From positions 124,001 to 188,000 of the forward strand of contig AP026125.1 of the NCBI GenBank assembly GCA_030295235.1: 64,000 bases of DNA, given 5' to 3'. Positions within the stretch are counted from its first letter, which is position 1. Each line of letters begins with the position of its first letter. The notes below the pieces were generated by a model. That model saw only the letters and a list, made by a program, of their open reading frames with translations. It did no database searches and was not told the DNA's origin. This stretch comes from Fistulifera solaris (Eukaryota). The translations under genes and the position numbers were made by a program. Positions 38,458 through 51,042 of the stretch are shown here, one piece after another.

Positions 38458-39048
38458 TATTTGATTTGAAAAGCGTTGACAACGAAAGGATCTGAAACGA
38501 AGGAAGGAAAAAAGAAACAAAATAGTGTTTCTCGCGCTTTTGTTTTACATCGTAAGTTTCGCAGCGATTTGCAGTGCTTCCGAGTTCTAGTTTTGGCTTG
38601 TAATTATCGACATGGTGTTGTTTGAGAGGTAGGTAAGTCTACAAGATGCTCGGTACTCAATCAGATACTTTTCTGTACTTCCTTGCTTCCGAATCGGATG
38701 ATACAAGGTGTCCGTTGAGAGAGAGAAATAAAGCGAAAGCATGAAAACTGAAAACGCGATCCAAGGACGACGATGATCGACCTTTCCAGAACCTTAGCTC
38801 GACCAAAACCCAAGACCCAAGACCTCGGGTTGTCTCTCTATAGAGAGCTATGGACCCTCTAGACTAGCTTTAGTCTATACGATTGCCGTTACCAGATATA
38901 AACCATGAACCACATGCAATTAACTTGGTACTTCGTCTATATGCGGAGAATGGTAACACAGCGCTTTTTCAAATCTAGTCTGTATCGCCACAATCAGGAC
39001 TAGCACATCTTCTTTTCGTTATTCACTCAATTATTCAAAACGAGCTCT

Positions 39049-40208
39049 CTAGAGCAACTGGATCGCTATGACGAGTCCCAAAGTTGCCACCATTCTTGGC
39101 ATCGTCCATTTATTTGGGCTATGACTGCTCTCGCTCGGTATTCCGTCATTTGGTGTCAGGTTTAACGTCATGCGGCCTTGTATCGTCGGATCGTTTTGGT
39201 ATGCACAAACATATACAGATTTGTATCCACATCATAGGGAAGACCGACATTGAGACGGCAGTCGTCGTCGTCACCGTAAGAATGTGTCATATAATGCACC
39301 AAGTTCGGACAGTCCATGCCGTAATAAAATGACACATATAAATTATCATTGGGCACCGAACATGCATCGACACTCGAAGTAATGAAATTTGCATCATTGA
39401 CCATCATTCCTTCTTGCGGAAGTGTATACCAAACGTCCTTTCCATTCTTCTGTCCACAGATCGATGACTGATGATTCCAACGTAAAACTGCAGTTGTTAC
39501 TTTCACAATCACGTGGCACAAGATCCAAATGGACGTGTGTGAAATCCTCCGTCATAATGGCTTGAGTCTTTAACTGCACGTCGATGGCATCCCAACAAAC
39601 ATCATTGGGTACGACGTTCTCCGTCGTCCGGGTCGCAAGACCAATTCATTCGTCGTCGGAACATCGAGGTAAACAAAATACACCTGATCTTCCGCGGCAA
39701 TAAATCGCACGCTGCTGTAGCTGATCATATTGGAACACACCGACCCTTCCAGGCTCAGGTCGACCGGAAAAAATCCGAACTCCAATCCTCCGTGACACAA
39801 GATAAATGGTCACAGCGTGTGGTTGCATTCACCGGTGCCGTGTATACCATCGGTGTGATAATCGCATTCGAGGGCGTTTAAAAGAGTGACTCCACTTGTC
39901 CTAGTGTTTGGGGACTCACTGGAAACCAAAACTTTCGCCACGAAGACTCGACGGTGCCACACGCCGGGCCTACGGCTTGCGCGGAAGGGATGATTAAGAT
40001 GCCTGGATGACTGACAGTATAGGTAACTCCAACATCCGATCCGACTTCGACCACCATAGATTGCTGGGCATAGGCACTTTGGTTGCCGCAAGTGAAGGTG
40101 GGTTGGGTCTCGCGAGCCTTTTCGTTGATGAAACCGTCGTCCCCTTGGGTGAGGGAGGAGCGTCTGACATATTGTCAAGAACCAAACAATCGGTTGAAGC
40201 TGTATCAT
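39049..40208 (-). pseudogene. Heavily frameshifted copy B of the same family
   Basis: Fragments EGSVCSNMISYSSVRF, DVWYTLPQEGMM, NLYVSFYYG and LGLVIAIQLL* lie in different frames. Confidence 0.7.
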
Positions 40209-40918
40209 GTAAATTGTAGCAAAAATGAAGTAAGGAAACGTTTGATATGGTGGCCTTCGAAGGAAATTTAAACCGCTTGTTCGACATAACGATGCCGATC
40301 TTTTTCATCATGATGTGAGGAAAAACCTTGAGCGTTGAAAGTTGAAAATAGCGGACAATATAAGCTGCTTCCGAACGTCGTATTTCGCGTTGTCGCTTTG
40401 GTTTTAAGGGATGTTGTTCGCGAGGAGTTAGCGAGAATTCGGCAGGCAAAGTACGCCATCCATAAATTATTGTATTCTGAATTCTGTATCGTTTCGTACT
40501 TTATCAGTGCGAGTTTCACAGAGAAGGAGAGAAGGGCTGGAGGCTGGAGGCATAAGTCTTTCGTGTTACGTACTGTACTACGTATAAACAAATTCACTTA
40601 TAACACTAACGTCTAAAGTGTCAACTGATAATAAGACTCAAGTACCAAGCGTCTTTACTTGTAAAGAAGTAGCCTAAATGTCTTGTGTCTTGGAAATTCG
40701 AGGTTCAAGACTCAAGACAATGCAACCCAATTGACTATGAGTACAAGTAGAATGTCCTTCTGCGAAGAACAAGTGGGCAGAAAGCAGAAAGAACAAAAAC
40801 AATTTCCAAAAATTGCACGTAGGATCTTGGATCCAGCAATCATCAAGCAAGCAAATCAGGCCAATCGTTTGCTCATTGCGATAAGCGCCATTCAACATTC
40901 CATTATTCCTCAAGCAAC

Positions 40919-41432
40919 ATGACCCTTCTAGCAACAGACAAGAACTCTCACAGTTGGATGGCTCTTGGCAGCGCCATCTTGCTCTTCTCAGCTGCGACAG
41001 TCGGCTTCTACCACACCAGCTCGTTCGAAACTCTCTTGGATCGCAGTCTGCTTCATCAGTGCAACGGTCCGGCGCGTGGTATCAAACTCACACCGGATCG
41101 ACCGCATTACGTGGCGGCCATAGTCAACCCTCGCATCTTTTACATTCCCACTCCGACGGCCGAACTCAACAGCTTCCTGCAGCTGCGAAGTGGAATGCGA
41201 GACCGGCTTTATCGATCTTTACATGACCGATCATGAAGGCTTCTGGACATTCCCCGATTTTATCAACAACTGGGTGCCAGAAGAAGAGTACGAATGTATT
41301 TCCTCCAACAAAGGGAATTCGAAGGAAACTTGCCAGATTCGCGGTGTCGGCGATGAGTGGTATTGTTACATCATGATCAAAGCCAAGGTTCCCGCCTCCC
41401 GGTGCGCTATCGAGTGTTCTTACGTCGTCTAA
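40919..41432 (+). CDS. Small membrane-anchored or secreted protein with PPC-like domain (one frameshift)
   Basis: Hydrophobic N-terminus and RSL; CETGFIDLY...YECISSNKGNSKETC resembles the GDADLY...YDC...NNETC signature of pre-peptidase C-terminal domains. Confidence 0.55.
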
Positions 41433-41849
41433 ACAGACGACATGGTTACGTACTTGTATTTTAGATAAAACAGAAATTAACCAAAGCAGTTTAATGCAAT
41501 GCATGGAGAGTTCGTGCATTGGATGATATTCGAATGAATCGTTCATTCTCGAGTACAATTCAGCCATCGATAGGACAGGTGCAAAAGATATGCTCGTTGT
41601 TGCATATGAAAAGTGCAAAGATCGATCCGAATTCGCCGAAGAAGGATAGTTGACAATGAGGCATTGTTGCGAGCGATACGTATAGCGTTGGAAAGATATA
41701 CGATGTCACCACGAAGCATTATAAATTGTGATTGTTTTGTTACCGAGTGTTCGATAAATAGTCGATACAGATCGCGGGTAGTTACCAAATGATTTACAAA
41801 ATAAATACATCGCTCATCCGATGAAATAGTCATTCATTTATTAGTATCT

Positions 41850-43073
41850 TTATTGCAACACAACAAACATTAGTAACAAGAGTAGCCAAGGAGCTTCACC
41901 ATTCATCATTCTTCCCCACCCAGGAAAGAAATTCGCGCTACCACTATCACTAGTAGCAATAATACGTCCGTGTGGTGTAGCTGTCAATGTGACACTGCCT
42001 CCAATCGCTGGATCTCGGTTCGTAGACACAAACAAATGGTAGACTTGATCGTTCTCGTTCGGAAGTCCAATCGAAAAGCTGCAAAGTTCGGTAACGCCAA
42101 TGAAACATTTCATATTCTGACAATCACGCCCTTCGTAAATATACATGTCAAACTCGGGGCTGCCATCGGCTGTCGAACAAAAGTCCATGTCCCAAACTGT
42201 CTCGTTTTGATCACTCATAAAGTTCTCAACAGTGGGCAAGGTAAACCAGACTCCTTTCCTTTCGTTATTCCATGCACGGGAGGCCGACTGCTCTTGAGCT
42301 GTAAGGTTCGTATTAGTAGAATTGATATTGCAAGTGGGTACTAAATCCATTTGCACCATGACAAAATCGTTTGTGATAAGCGGCTGCGACGCATCCAGCA
42401 GTATCGAATTGGAACAATGATCATTCGGTACTTCTAGATCTGTTACCATGGTCGTGACTTGTAAATTATTCAGTTCTGTTTCTGCCGTGGTGACATCGAC
42501 GTACACAAAATAAACCTGACCCTCGGTGGCTGGAAAACGCACACCCGCATAACTCGTGGCATCGGGACAAACGGTACCTTCCAACCGCAACGTGTCCACG
42601 GATGACGATGGCAAAGTGTTGGTAATTCCTTCCGCAACACAGTACAAATCGTCGCAATCACTCGTTGTAGCTTGACGTATTGCGGTGTACACAATCGGTA
42701 CGATTGTAGTAGACGATGTATTGGTGCAAAAGATGACATCCACTTGTCCGCGTGTGTCGAGTTCCACCGGAAACCAAAAGCCACGACCCGACGGTACCAC
42801 CGTTCCACAGGAGGGACCCACCGGTTGGTCTTGCGGTACGGGCAATCGAATTTCCGTGCTGGAGGTGAGTGTACCTAGTAGATTTCCTCCCAGCAAGGCA
42901 ATGAAATTTTGACTTTCATAGACACTTTGATTGCGACACTGCAACGCCGGTTCGAACTCGACTGTGGTTATTGTATTATTGATGTCATCGCCTTTTGCAC
43001 TATCGATGAGATGATGAAATGCTGCTGTGAAAACAATCCATCCGCAGCGATGCAAATAATTCGCTGTCTTCAT
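41850..43073 (-). CDS. Secreted/GPI-like Cys-rich surface protein (copy C)
   Basis: Intact 407-aa ORF collinear with copy A (FEPALQC, GRGFWF, DLYCVAEG, PNDHCSN, KGVWF). Confidence 0.85.
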   Translation of the reverse strand: MKTANYLHRCGWIVFTAAFHHLIDSAKGDDINNTITTVEFEPALQCRNQSVYESQNFIALLGGNLLGTLTSSTEIRLPVPQDQPVGPSCGTVVPSGRGFWFPVELDTRGQVDVIFCTNTSSTTIVPIVYTAIRQATTSDCDDLYCVAEGITNTLPSSSVDTLRLEGTVCPDATSYAGVRFPATEGQVYFVYVDVTTAETELNNLQVTTMVTDLEVPNDHCSNSILLDASQPLITNDFVMVQMDLVPTCNINSTNTNLTAQEQSASRAWNNERKGVWFTLPTVENFMSDQNETVWDMDFCSTADGSPEFDMYIYEGRDCQNMKCFIGVTELCSFSIGLPNENDQVYHLFVSTNRDPAIGGSVTLTATPHGRIIATSDSGSANFFPGWGRMMNGEAPWLLLLLMFVVLQ

Positions 43074-43380
43074 CGTGCAATCGTTCTTTTATTGAGACTT
43101 ACGTTTTTGTTCTGTGACGAGAAAATGAGAGGATGATTATGAAAAAAATCTTGTTTTGAGTACGATTTTCCCGGTGACGGTCGTACTGGTATTGAAGTCA
43201 GTCGTGTTTTATATCTCTAGTACGACTAAAAGTCGGACGTCGGACATACCATTTTAACACTAAGGTTATCTCTTCTGTATTTCAGCTTAGAACCTACCTG
43301 GTATAAAATATTTCATACTCCTATTCTTTTTTTTTGTTTTCAAGTGACCCTTCCCCATCTATTAAAAAAGTAGATTTGTT

Positions 43381-44094
43381 TCAACACTGCATCCATGAAA
43401 TCAGCAACAAAGTAGCCATGTTGGTGGTAAGCCACCAAGATACACGTGACGCGGTATACAAACGACCACCACTACTACTCTCCGTTACGTGAGAGATGGC
43501 TTCAAAGCCCTCTAGTTCCGCTAAATCGGTAGTTACGTCCACATGAACATAATAAATTTGATCCTTTGTGGCCGCAAAGTGGACACCACCCACGTTGGTT
43601 GCATTCGGACATAGATCTCCTTCCGATTGAATGGTTTCAGATTGCGGAGGATCTTTCGTTCCGATCGCAATGCACGTCATGTCTTCGCAATTGGTCTCTT
43701 CGACCGCATGCTCCGGAGGAGCTTGGTACACGGTCGGTATGATCGTCAAGGGTGTTTCGGTCAGGGTACAAAACAAAAGATCAACCTCGCCCTGTGTTTC
43801 GTTGGAGACGCGAAACCAGTATCCCTTTCCACCGGGCGTGACACCACCACACACGGGTCGATCGAGTGCATCGTCGGGCAAGGCGATGGTTCCCGTGGTG
43901 GATACGGCATAGGTAGCGGGGGCTCCACCGAGATTGATATTAAAGGCGGAAAACATTTCGACCCTTTCATTGCCACAATTCAAGGCATAGCCTTCTCGTG
44001 TTGCCGTGTTTTGGCCCTGAGCCATGCCGATGAGGACATGAGCCATCATGAGCCCGACAATCCAATCGAAACTGGGCGACAATGTAGTTTTCAT
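43381..44094 (-). CDS. Single-module member of the same family (copy D)
   Basis: 237 aa; signal peptide, CGG...GKGYWF, CPNAT, DQIYYVHVDV, SSSG and a hydrophobic tail; lacks the second module. Confidence 0.8.
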   Translation of the reverse strand: MKTTLSPSFDWIVGLMMAHVLIGMAQGQNTATREGYALNCGNERVEMFSAFNINLGGAPATYAVSTTGTIALPDDALDRPVCGGVTPGGKGYWFRVSNETQGEVDLLFCTLTETPLTIIPTVYQAPPEHAVEETNCEDMTCIAIGTKDPPQSETIQSEGDLCPNATNVGGVHFAATKDQIYYVHVDVTTDLAELEGFEAISHVTESSSGGRLYTASRVSWWLTTNMATLLLISWMQC

Positions 44095-44790
44095 GTTCGA
44101 GTCAAAACAATGAAATTGTATGCTGGATCGAAAAGAGCGAAGATAGACGAGGAGAGCACAAAATTATGAGTTTGATTGTGAAGAGTGGTAAATGGCGGCA
44201 CTTTGATGAGCGATAATAAAGCGATGGCATCTTTGTGATCTTTTGCGTGATGTGCTTCCGAGTTGCGAGTTCAGTGAAACGTTTTGTCGTTTTGAGAGAA
44301 GTGAATCGGAAGCCGCTCGGTACTAACTTTTTGATAATAAATTTTATTCGTAGACCGGATCATCTTTCGACTTTCGATGATACAAGTAGACGTAGAGATC
44401 TGCAAACTGTAGCTTTTGGCTGAGCTGCTATTAATCAATACGTGCGAAATTGTATCAGGATATCTCTAGGCGGCTCCTTGGCTGTGTCCAAGTTTTCACA
44501 GCCTTTTTCATTGCCAAGATTTTGGCTAATTGGTCGTTGTCATAGACTTGGATATAATTCAAGGCTTCTACCGCAGAAAGCATCCAATTCGTGAATCATT
44601 TTTTCGAGTGACCTTCTCAAAACTATTCTTCATGCTTCATGCTCTACATGCTCCGCTCTTGCATGTACCGATAGTATATGATGATCATGTTGCCCAAGCA
44701 AGCGGAACAACATTTTTGCTCAGTCGCAAACACCAAAAAGTCAATAACCATCTTCTTTGTTTTCGTAACAAGCGATCGTTTTTGTAACTG

Positions 44791-45444
44791 TTATTTCATT
44801 CCCAATTTGCCACGTCGTTGTTTATTGGCCCATTGACAGAAGGAATAGATGGTTTTATCTTCCAATAACTTGTCCACGGTGTTGAATTGCAACGCCAGAG
44901 TCACATTGTCGTGGGTTTGATGAATGGTCGTATGACACGGTCGACAAATGGCACACGTCATTTGCAAAGCTTGTCGGACACGTTGCTTATTGGTGAAAGC
45001 GTCCGACGTTTGTATCCGATCGAGCAACGACTCCAAACCATCGACGCTCGACGAGCCTTCCAACGCTCGTAACATTCTGGGCTCCAAACGACTCCATGTA
45101 CATCGAGGTACTAGATGATGACGCGTCAATCGCATGGACCGTTCGCAAAGCTCACATTCTCCTTCTCCGAGATAAGCGGCGGTGTCGTCGTCCTCACTTT
45201 TTGCAATAAACTCTTCTTCTTCAACCTCCTCACTTTGCGACGAGTCGTCGTCGTCGTCATTTGGTTCGGATTCATGAACTTTGCGCCAAAGAGACTGGGC
45301 CTCGGGTAACGCAATACCGAGGTATTCGTGCAATCCTTGTTCATCCTCGACCGTATTGACAATGGCATCGGCTTCCTCGTACGTCCAGCAATAACCTTCG
45401 TCGATGAGAATTTGAATGAAACGAGATATATCACGAGCTGTCAT
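44791..45444 (-). CDS. HNH-like (YisB-type) zinc-binding protein
   Basis: CELCER..LTRHHLVPR...ICRPCHTTIH...LALQFNTVDKL...FCQWANKQR. Confidence 0.8.
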   Translation of the reverse strand: MTARDISRFIQILIDEGYCWTYEEADAIVNTVEDEQGLHEYLGIALPEAQSLWRKVHESEPNDDDDDSSQSEEVEEEEFIAKSEDDDTAAYLGEGECELCERSMRLTRHHLVPRCTWSRLEPRMLRALEGSSSVDGLESLLDRIQTSDAFTNKQRVRQALQMTCAICRPCHTTIHQTHDNVTLALQFNTVDKLLEDKTIYSFCQWANKQRRGKLGMK

Positions 45445-46239
45445 TCCATCAAATTTTCAAAGTAGTAGTGAATCATGATTGTATCGAAGACAATGGGTGA
45501 ATGCGATTGCTCTATGCGAGCGCTGACTATTGTTTGTTTTCTTTCATCGTCTCGTCGTATTTTGCAGTTTTGTGCGTTTCGTTCTGCGTTCCGCCACTGA
45601 ATTTAGTGGACTGAATCATCATCGAGTCACGCAATCAGTCCCGACCAACGACCCTGCCAGGCATAAGGTTTGCGTTGAAAATCCGAAAGGCCAAACTGTT
45701 CTACAAATAATGACCCCAATGCGATTTTTTGGGTTATAGGAAGTTCGTGACTGGTGCATGCAGAACAGTACACCCGTGGGTCTACGAAGCAGAGAACACC
45801 AAACCATCTGAAAACAGGTTCTTCTACTTTGTACCGGATAGCGACATGGGACTGCGTTCACGTTTGCTTTCGGAATAATTAAGCGGCGTACCATAGTACA
45901 GTACTACGTATTCGTTGGTCGTTTCTTTTATTGAGAACAACAAAAGACGACGCGTCCATTGAAAGGCATCCTGCATCCGAATGAATGAATCATCATCTAA
46001 GGACGTATAAAAATGTATCATCATCAGCTAAATAATACTCCGTATTAGAATACAACACGTTATTGATGAGTTCGACATTGTGTAAATAAACAATCCGCAA
46101 TAAATAAGTCAATCACAAGCCTACGAGCAACAGTTGCTGGTTTGAAAAAGGCGTTCCTATAATCTTCTTTGGACCGGCCCAGCATCTCGGGGAACCTCGA
46201 CAACACGGCGAATTTCTTTGCAAAAGCCAAAGCAACAAC

Positions 46240-48246
46240 CATGGCAACCGCGTTAATCATGAGCAATAAAATGTCATGGGAGAATCAAAATGATCCGTCT
46301 CTTGTCTCTGCGGACGACGCGCATTTATTGGAATCCGCAGAGGAGAACGGAGAACCGTCCGAAGTTTCCTTATCGTACGAAGATGACTTTTGCATTTTAC
46401 GGGCGGCCGATCCGCACGTGACCGAACAATTTCACATGTCCATGGGGAATCGCAGCAAAAGTCCGGCGACACGGAAATTGCAAGCCGTCGAATTATTAGC
46501 ATTGTCCAAGTCCATGCCGAATTTAGAACATGAAGAAGGCGAAACCATTTCGTTTGAATCTCCCATGCCGTCTCCGAAGGAAACACTGTTTTATGGCTCC
46601 AAGCAAGATGTTTTCGCGTCGCCAGCGAGTATCGATGATAATTCATCCTGTACGAGCTCGAAAGAGGATGTCTTTTCCTCGCCACAACCGGTTTCGGTCG
46701 GCAAACCCAAGAATCTAGTAAAGAATGTAAAGCCGGCTTCGATACTGACAGCGGGGAGTCCGAAGAAACAGCAAATGAAAGCATCGTCGTCCCGTCGTCC
46801 TAGCGTTAAAGCTGTTACGAGCGATGTGTCTCCAAAGACCGCTTCTTCTCCAGGAACAATACGTGTTCCGGTGAGTGCCGTAAAAAAGGCAAAGACAAAG
46901 TCGCGACCTTCATCGTTAAAACGCGGCAAACAACCCGAAACACCCAAGACTAGTAGTAAAAAGGAGTTGAAAGAACAATTGTTGCGCACCTTGTTGACCG
47001 ATGCGAATCCGCCGAAAAGCGGTGGATCGAAAAGCGTTAGCTCGAAAAGTGTCTCGACCACGTTGACACCGACCGAAGTCGACAGTATTGTAGGAAATGT
47101 CAGTCAACATCATCGTTCCCGAACACCAACGACGAATCGCATCAAAGTCGCGAAATCCGACTTGTTGCAGAAATTGCAACACGACCATATAAAGACGCCT
47201 GAGGGAACCGTCACCACGTCGACTTCGACGAAAAGTTCCAAATCTCCCACCAAGCAAAAACGTGTCATTAAGATTCGAAAAAGTGACTTGGAAGACGAAA
47301 AGAAGGCGAATTTAGATGATTTGTTGGATAAGGCTGCCAGTGAATGGAAAGCGACACTCCGACGCAGCTCGATGAGCAGCGGAACGAAATGGACGCCCGA
47401 TGATCCGGTCGTAAAAGAAAAGAAAGTGGAAAAGAAACGGCCATCGTCACGTAGTCGTCGTGAAAAACGTTCCGTCACGGATGTCGAGACAATCATCGCT
47501 GCCGACAAAAGTCAAGCCAAGCTTGCCGCTACAACTCGCGATAAATCCGTACCAAGGATAGATGCCACGATACCCAACGGAGAACAAACCCGAGACTCCT
47601 CTCGCAATCGCAGTCGTCGTCGTAGTCCCCGATCTTACGAGATGTTGCGTTCTGTTGATGATCAAGCTTCCAATGATCATTCCTTAGACGGTCACAGCAG
47701 AAGCCGCAGTAGCCGGAAGAGTTTGACGCAACCGTCTCCCGCGCGAAGAAAGAGTCTGTTTGGTGATTTTCGTATGGGAGAACGATCGAGTCGTTCAACA
47801 CGAACCGGTGATGCTACGCGACGACCATCGATCATGGCATCGGTCGCGAAAAAGTTCAGTTCCGAACGCAAAGAGCGCAGTGTTTCCACTCCCCGCGCCA
47901 CGAGTCCGTCTCTGGTGGAGATCGACACGGCGAAAGCCCGTCGCCGGTCACTCAGTAACCCACGAAGTCTTGCAACAGATGACAATAAGCGAGGGCCTAC
48001 GTCCAATCCGTTTTCCTTGCAAGGCTTGCAAAGATGCTCGGCTTTTCGCCTTCGAGCAATAAAGAAAAGATACAGGTGGAGAGCCCCGTCAGTCCCAAAG
48101 GTTTAATACCTTCTCTATCCGAAAGCCCAGAAATGAATAGCAGATTACTCGCACGTATTCGACAAGCGGGTGTGACGGATGAGATTTTACTTGCATTGTC
48201 GGCACAGGGTTTGGTAATTGTGGAACGAAAAGCTATTACGCAATAA
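46240..48246 (+). CDS. Ser/Arg/Lys-rich disordered protein with conserved C-terminal helix motif
   Basis: Long ORF plus frameshifted tail ending LLARIRQAGVTDEILLALSAQGLVI. Start uncertain. Confidence 0.65.
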
Positions 48247-48882
48247 AGAATAAAGTTAAGCTCGATTATGCTGATCTTGTTGTTGTGGTGTAGATAATGA
48301 AATGATTGTTTCCAATAATTCAATGGCGGTGCTATGAGAAGAATATCTAGGATAACACTAGCTTCCGCAGGACTCGTGACTCGTGACTCGTGACTGCCAA
48401 CAAAAGGTCATCCGTTTGCGAAAAGTCAGAAAATCAGAAGTCATTGTCGATGGTCATTGAAAACTTGAAGCGTGCAGCTCGTTTGTATCACGATGAAAGT
48501 AGAGCAAGGTAGGGTGGGTCACGAGTGGGGACTCGGTAGTAGAATTCGGCCCCTTCTTCGACACTGAATAATGATGTACACGTGGTCCATTTAGTACATG
48601 ACGACAGATAGACAAAGAAGTACTATGGTCTGAAATGTACCTCTTTTCCGATCAAAGGATGGCGCGCTTTTTTCCTTATGGCAAACGAATGATGCGTTCA
48701 CGACAAACGAGACTTTTTCTATTGATCGTCTTCTTGTGTTTGTTGTTGCTCTTATTGAAGAGCAATTTATTAATTTTGAAGCAAGGTATATGATCCTTGC
48801 TTTTGAATATCGCCTCTTTTGTTTGAGAGCGTTGTGGGTCGCGTTTCGCGCTTTTTGAGGCTCGAACAAAAACGTGTAAAGA

Positions 48883-51042
48883 ATGGTAGAGGTCACAAAA
48901 GAAAACAACGTCAAGTCGATGCGGCGCTTCTGGGGCGGATTACGTCAGGGCAAGTCTCAGGAGTCGGTAGGAACAGACACAACAACGAGCGGTACGAGTA
49001 CGCCGGCGAATGAGGATGATAACATTCCGTTGATTGAACGCATCAAAATGGATATGGCCGCTTCTTCTTCGTCTCTGGGGAAACGTTCTACCACGAAAGG
49101 AGCCAGTGAAACCGTAGAAGAGTCGGTCAGTGAGCAGTCATCGACATCCTGGATGAATGAGGAGAGTCATTCGGTGCTGTCTCTGGTCGGCCCGCGATCC
49201 ATCACCCGCGCGCCGTCGACACGCAAAGTGGAGCCTTCCGAGGATGCGGAGGCTGCGCCCCGAGTGAACACTTCGTTGAAAAAGAAACTCATCAAAGTCA
49301 AGCGGACACCCGGAAGTGCCGCCAGTGTCGATGGAAGTGTCGACATTTCGGTTCTTTCGGCGATGAAAAGTGCCGGAAAGACCAAATTCACCGCCAAGGA
49401 GTTGAAAGAAATGGGGGTCGATATTCCCGCACAGCGGGGCCGTGCCGTGGCCAAGGTGAAGGAAAGCGACAAGAGCGTGCGTCGATCCCGCAGCAAGTCG
49501 CGGGCGCGTGATGGTGATGATAGTAGTAAACACTCCAGCTCGCGAGGACGAGACAAGTTGCGTTCGAAAAGCAGTGGACGAGCTCGTTCGAGAGTTCGTG
49601 CGCGTTCGAGCACCAGTGTTTGTGGCAATTACGAAGAGGAGGCTACGCAAGTAGTTCCTATTGAAATTCGTCCCAAGTCGCCTTCGAAAGAAAAGCTTTC
49701 AGTCAAGGAACGTGCCAAGAATTTTGAGCAAAAAGTGAAGCGGCCAAAGTCAAGGATGGTAGCGCGTCGCGTTTACCAAGCGTCCCGGGGCTACGTTGCA
49801 CGACAGTGCATCACGAGGAAAGGACTCGACCGAAAAAACGAGGTCGCGATCAGTGCATCGCAGAAGCATTGAGGTAGAGGACCGCGAAAGCGAGTCGCTG
49901 GAGAAGTCCTCGCGAGGAAGAGATGCGACCGAAAAAACAACACGAAGATCGAAGTCAGTGCATCGCAGAAGTACGGAAGAAGAGGAACAAGACGCCGGCG
50001 AGAAAACAGCCCGAAGATCCCGATCCGTACATCGTAGATCTATTGATCTAGATGATCGTGATGGCGAGTCGCGAGGAAAAGATTCGGCTGAGAAATCTCC
50101 GCGAAGATCCAAGTCAGTGCATCGTAGAATCATCGACCTAGATGATCGTGATAGTGAATCGCCGGCGAAGTCTTCTCGGGGAAGAGATGTGACCGAAAAA
50201 ACAACACGAAGATCGAGGTCGGTGCATCGCAGAAATGTTGAAGATGACCCTGAAACGGAAGCTGGCGAGAAAACAGTTCGAAGGTCCCGATCTGTGCATC
50301 GTAGATCCATTGACGTAGAAGATGTAGATGGTGAGTCGCCTGGAAAGTCATCGCGAGGAAGAGACGCAGCCGTGAAATCTCCCCGAAGTAGGTCCAAGTC
50401 GGTGCGTCGTAGAAGTATCGATGCCAACGAAGGGGTCGAATCGCCCGTGAAGTCATCGAGGGGAAGAGATGCTACCGAGAAATCTCCTCGAAGGTCCAAG
50501 TCCGTACGTCGTAGAAGTATTGACCACGACGATCGCATTACCGACTCGCCTGGAAAATCTTCTCGGAGTAAAAACGTAACGGAAAAGTCTCCCCGAAGAT
50601 CCAAGTCTGTACATCGTCGAAGTATCGGCCAAGGCGAGTCTTCTGCTGAAGGAACAAGGCGCAAAAGTCTTGCCAGCGAAAAGTCACCTCGCCAGAGATC
50701 CATCGGCACGGATGAAGAAGGCCGGTCACCCCGGCGATCAGTAACATCGTCCGGAAAATCTCCTCACAGAAGGTCGAAAAGCATTGGCAGAAAAGTGGAG
50801 CCGAAACCAAAGTCGCAAGATTACGAAGACTATTCGTCTTCCGAGGAAAGCATGCCTCCTGTTCCTACTCAGATATTGATTCGGCCCGATCAGGAAGACG
50901 AAACGGATGAAGAAAAGAGGTGCCCCAGCAGGTAAAGAAAAACAGCGATGAAATCTACAGCAAAATCAAACATGCAGGTATTACGCAGGAGCAATTCTTG
51001 GCGTTGACACAAGCTGGTTTGACGATTACGAATGAGGAATGA
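48883..51042 (+). CDS. Ser/Arg-rich repeat protein with the same C-terminal motif
   Basis: ORFs 48883-49872 and 49796-50935 plus tail IYSKIKHAGITQEQFLALTQAGLTITNEE* joined by frameshifts. Confidence 0.7.
49805..50710 (+). repeat. Coding tandem repeat SRGRDATEKSPRRSKSVHRRSI (about nine units)
   Basis: RSxSVxRRxI recurs throughout ORF 49796-50935; near-identical blocks 264 nt apart (49917 and 50181). Confidence 0.9.

Noticed and set aside
48371..48395. (GACTCGT)x3.5 tandem repeat
   Set aside because: Short simple repeat with no supporting context.
49750..50709. 319-aa minus ORF, and possible CRISPR-like periodicity
   Set aside because: Antisense of the coding repeat; the units are degenerate and in frame, with no unique spacers or cas genes.
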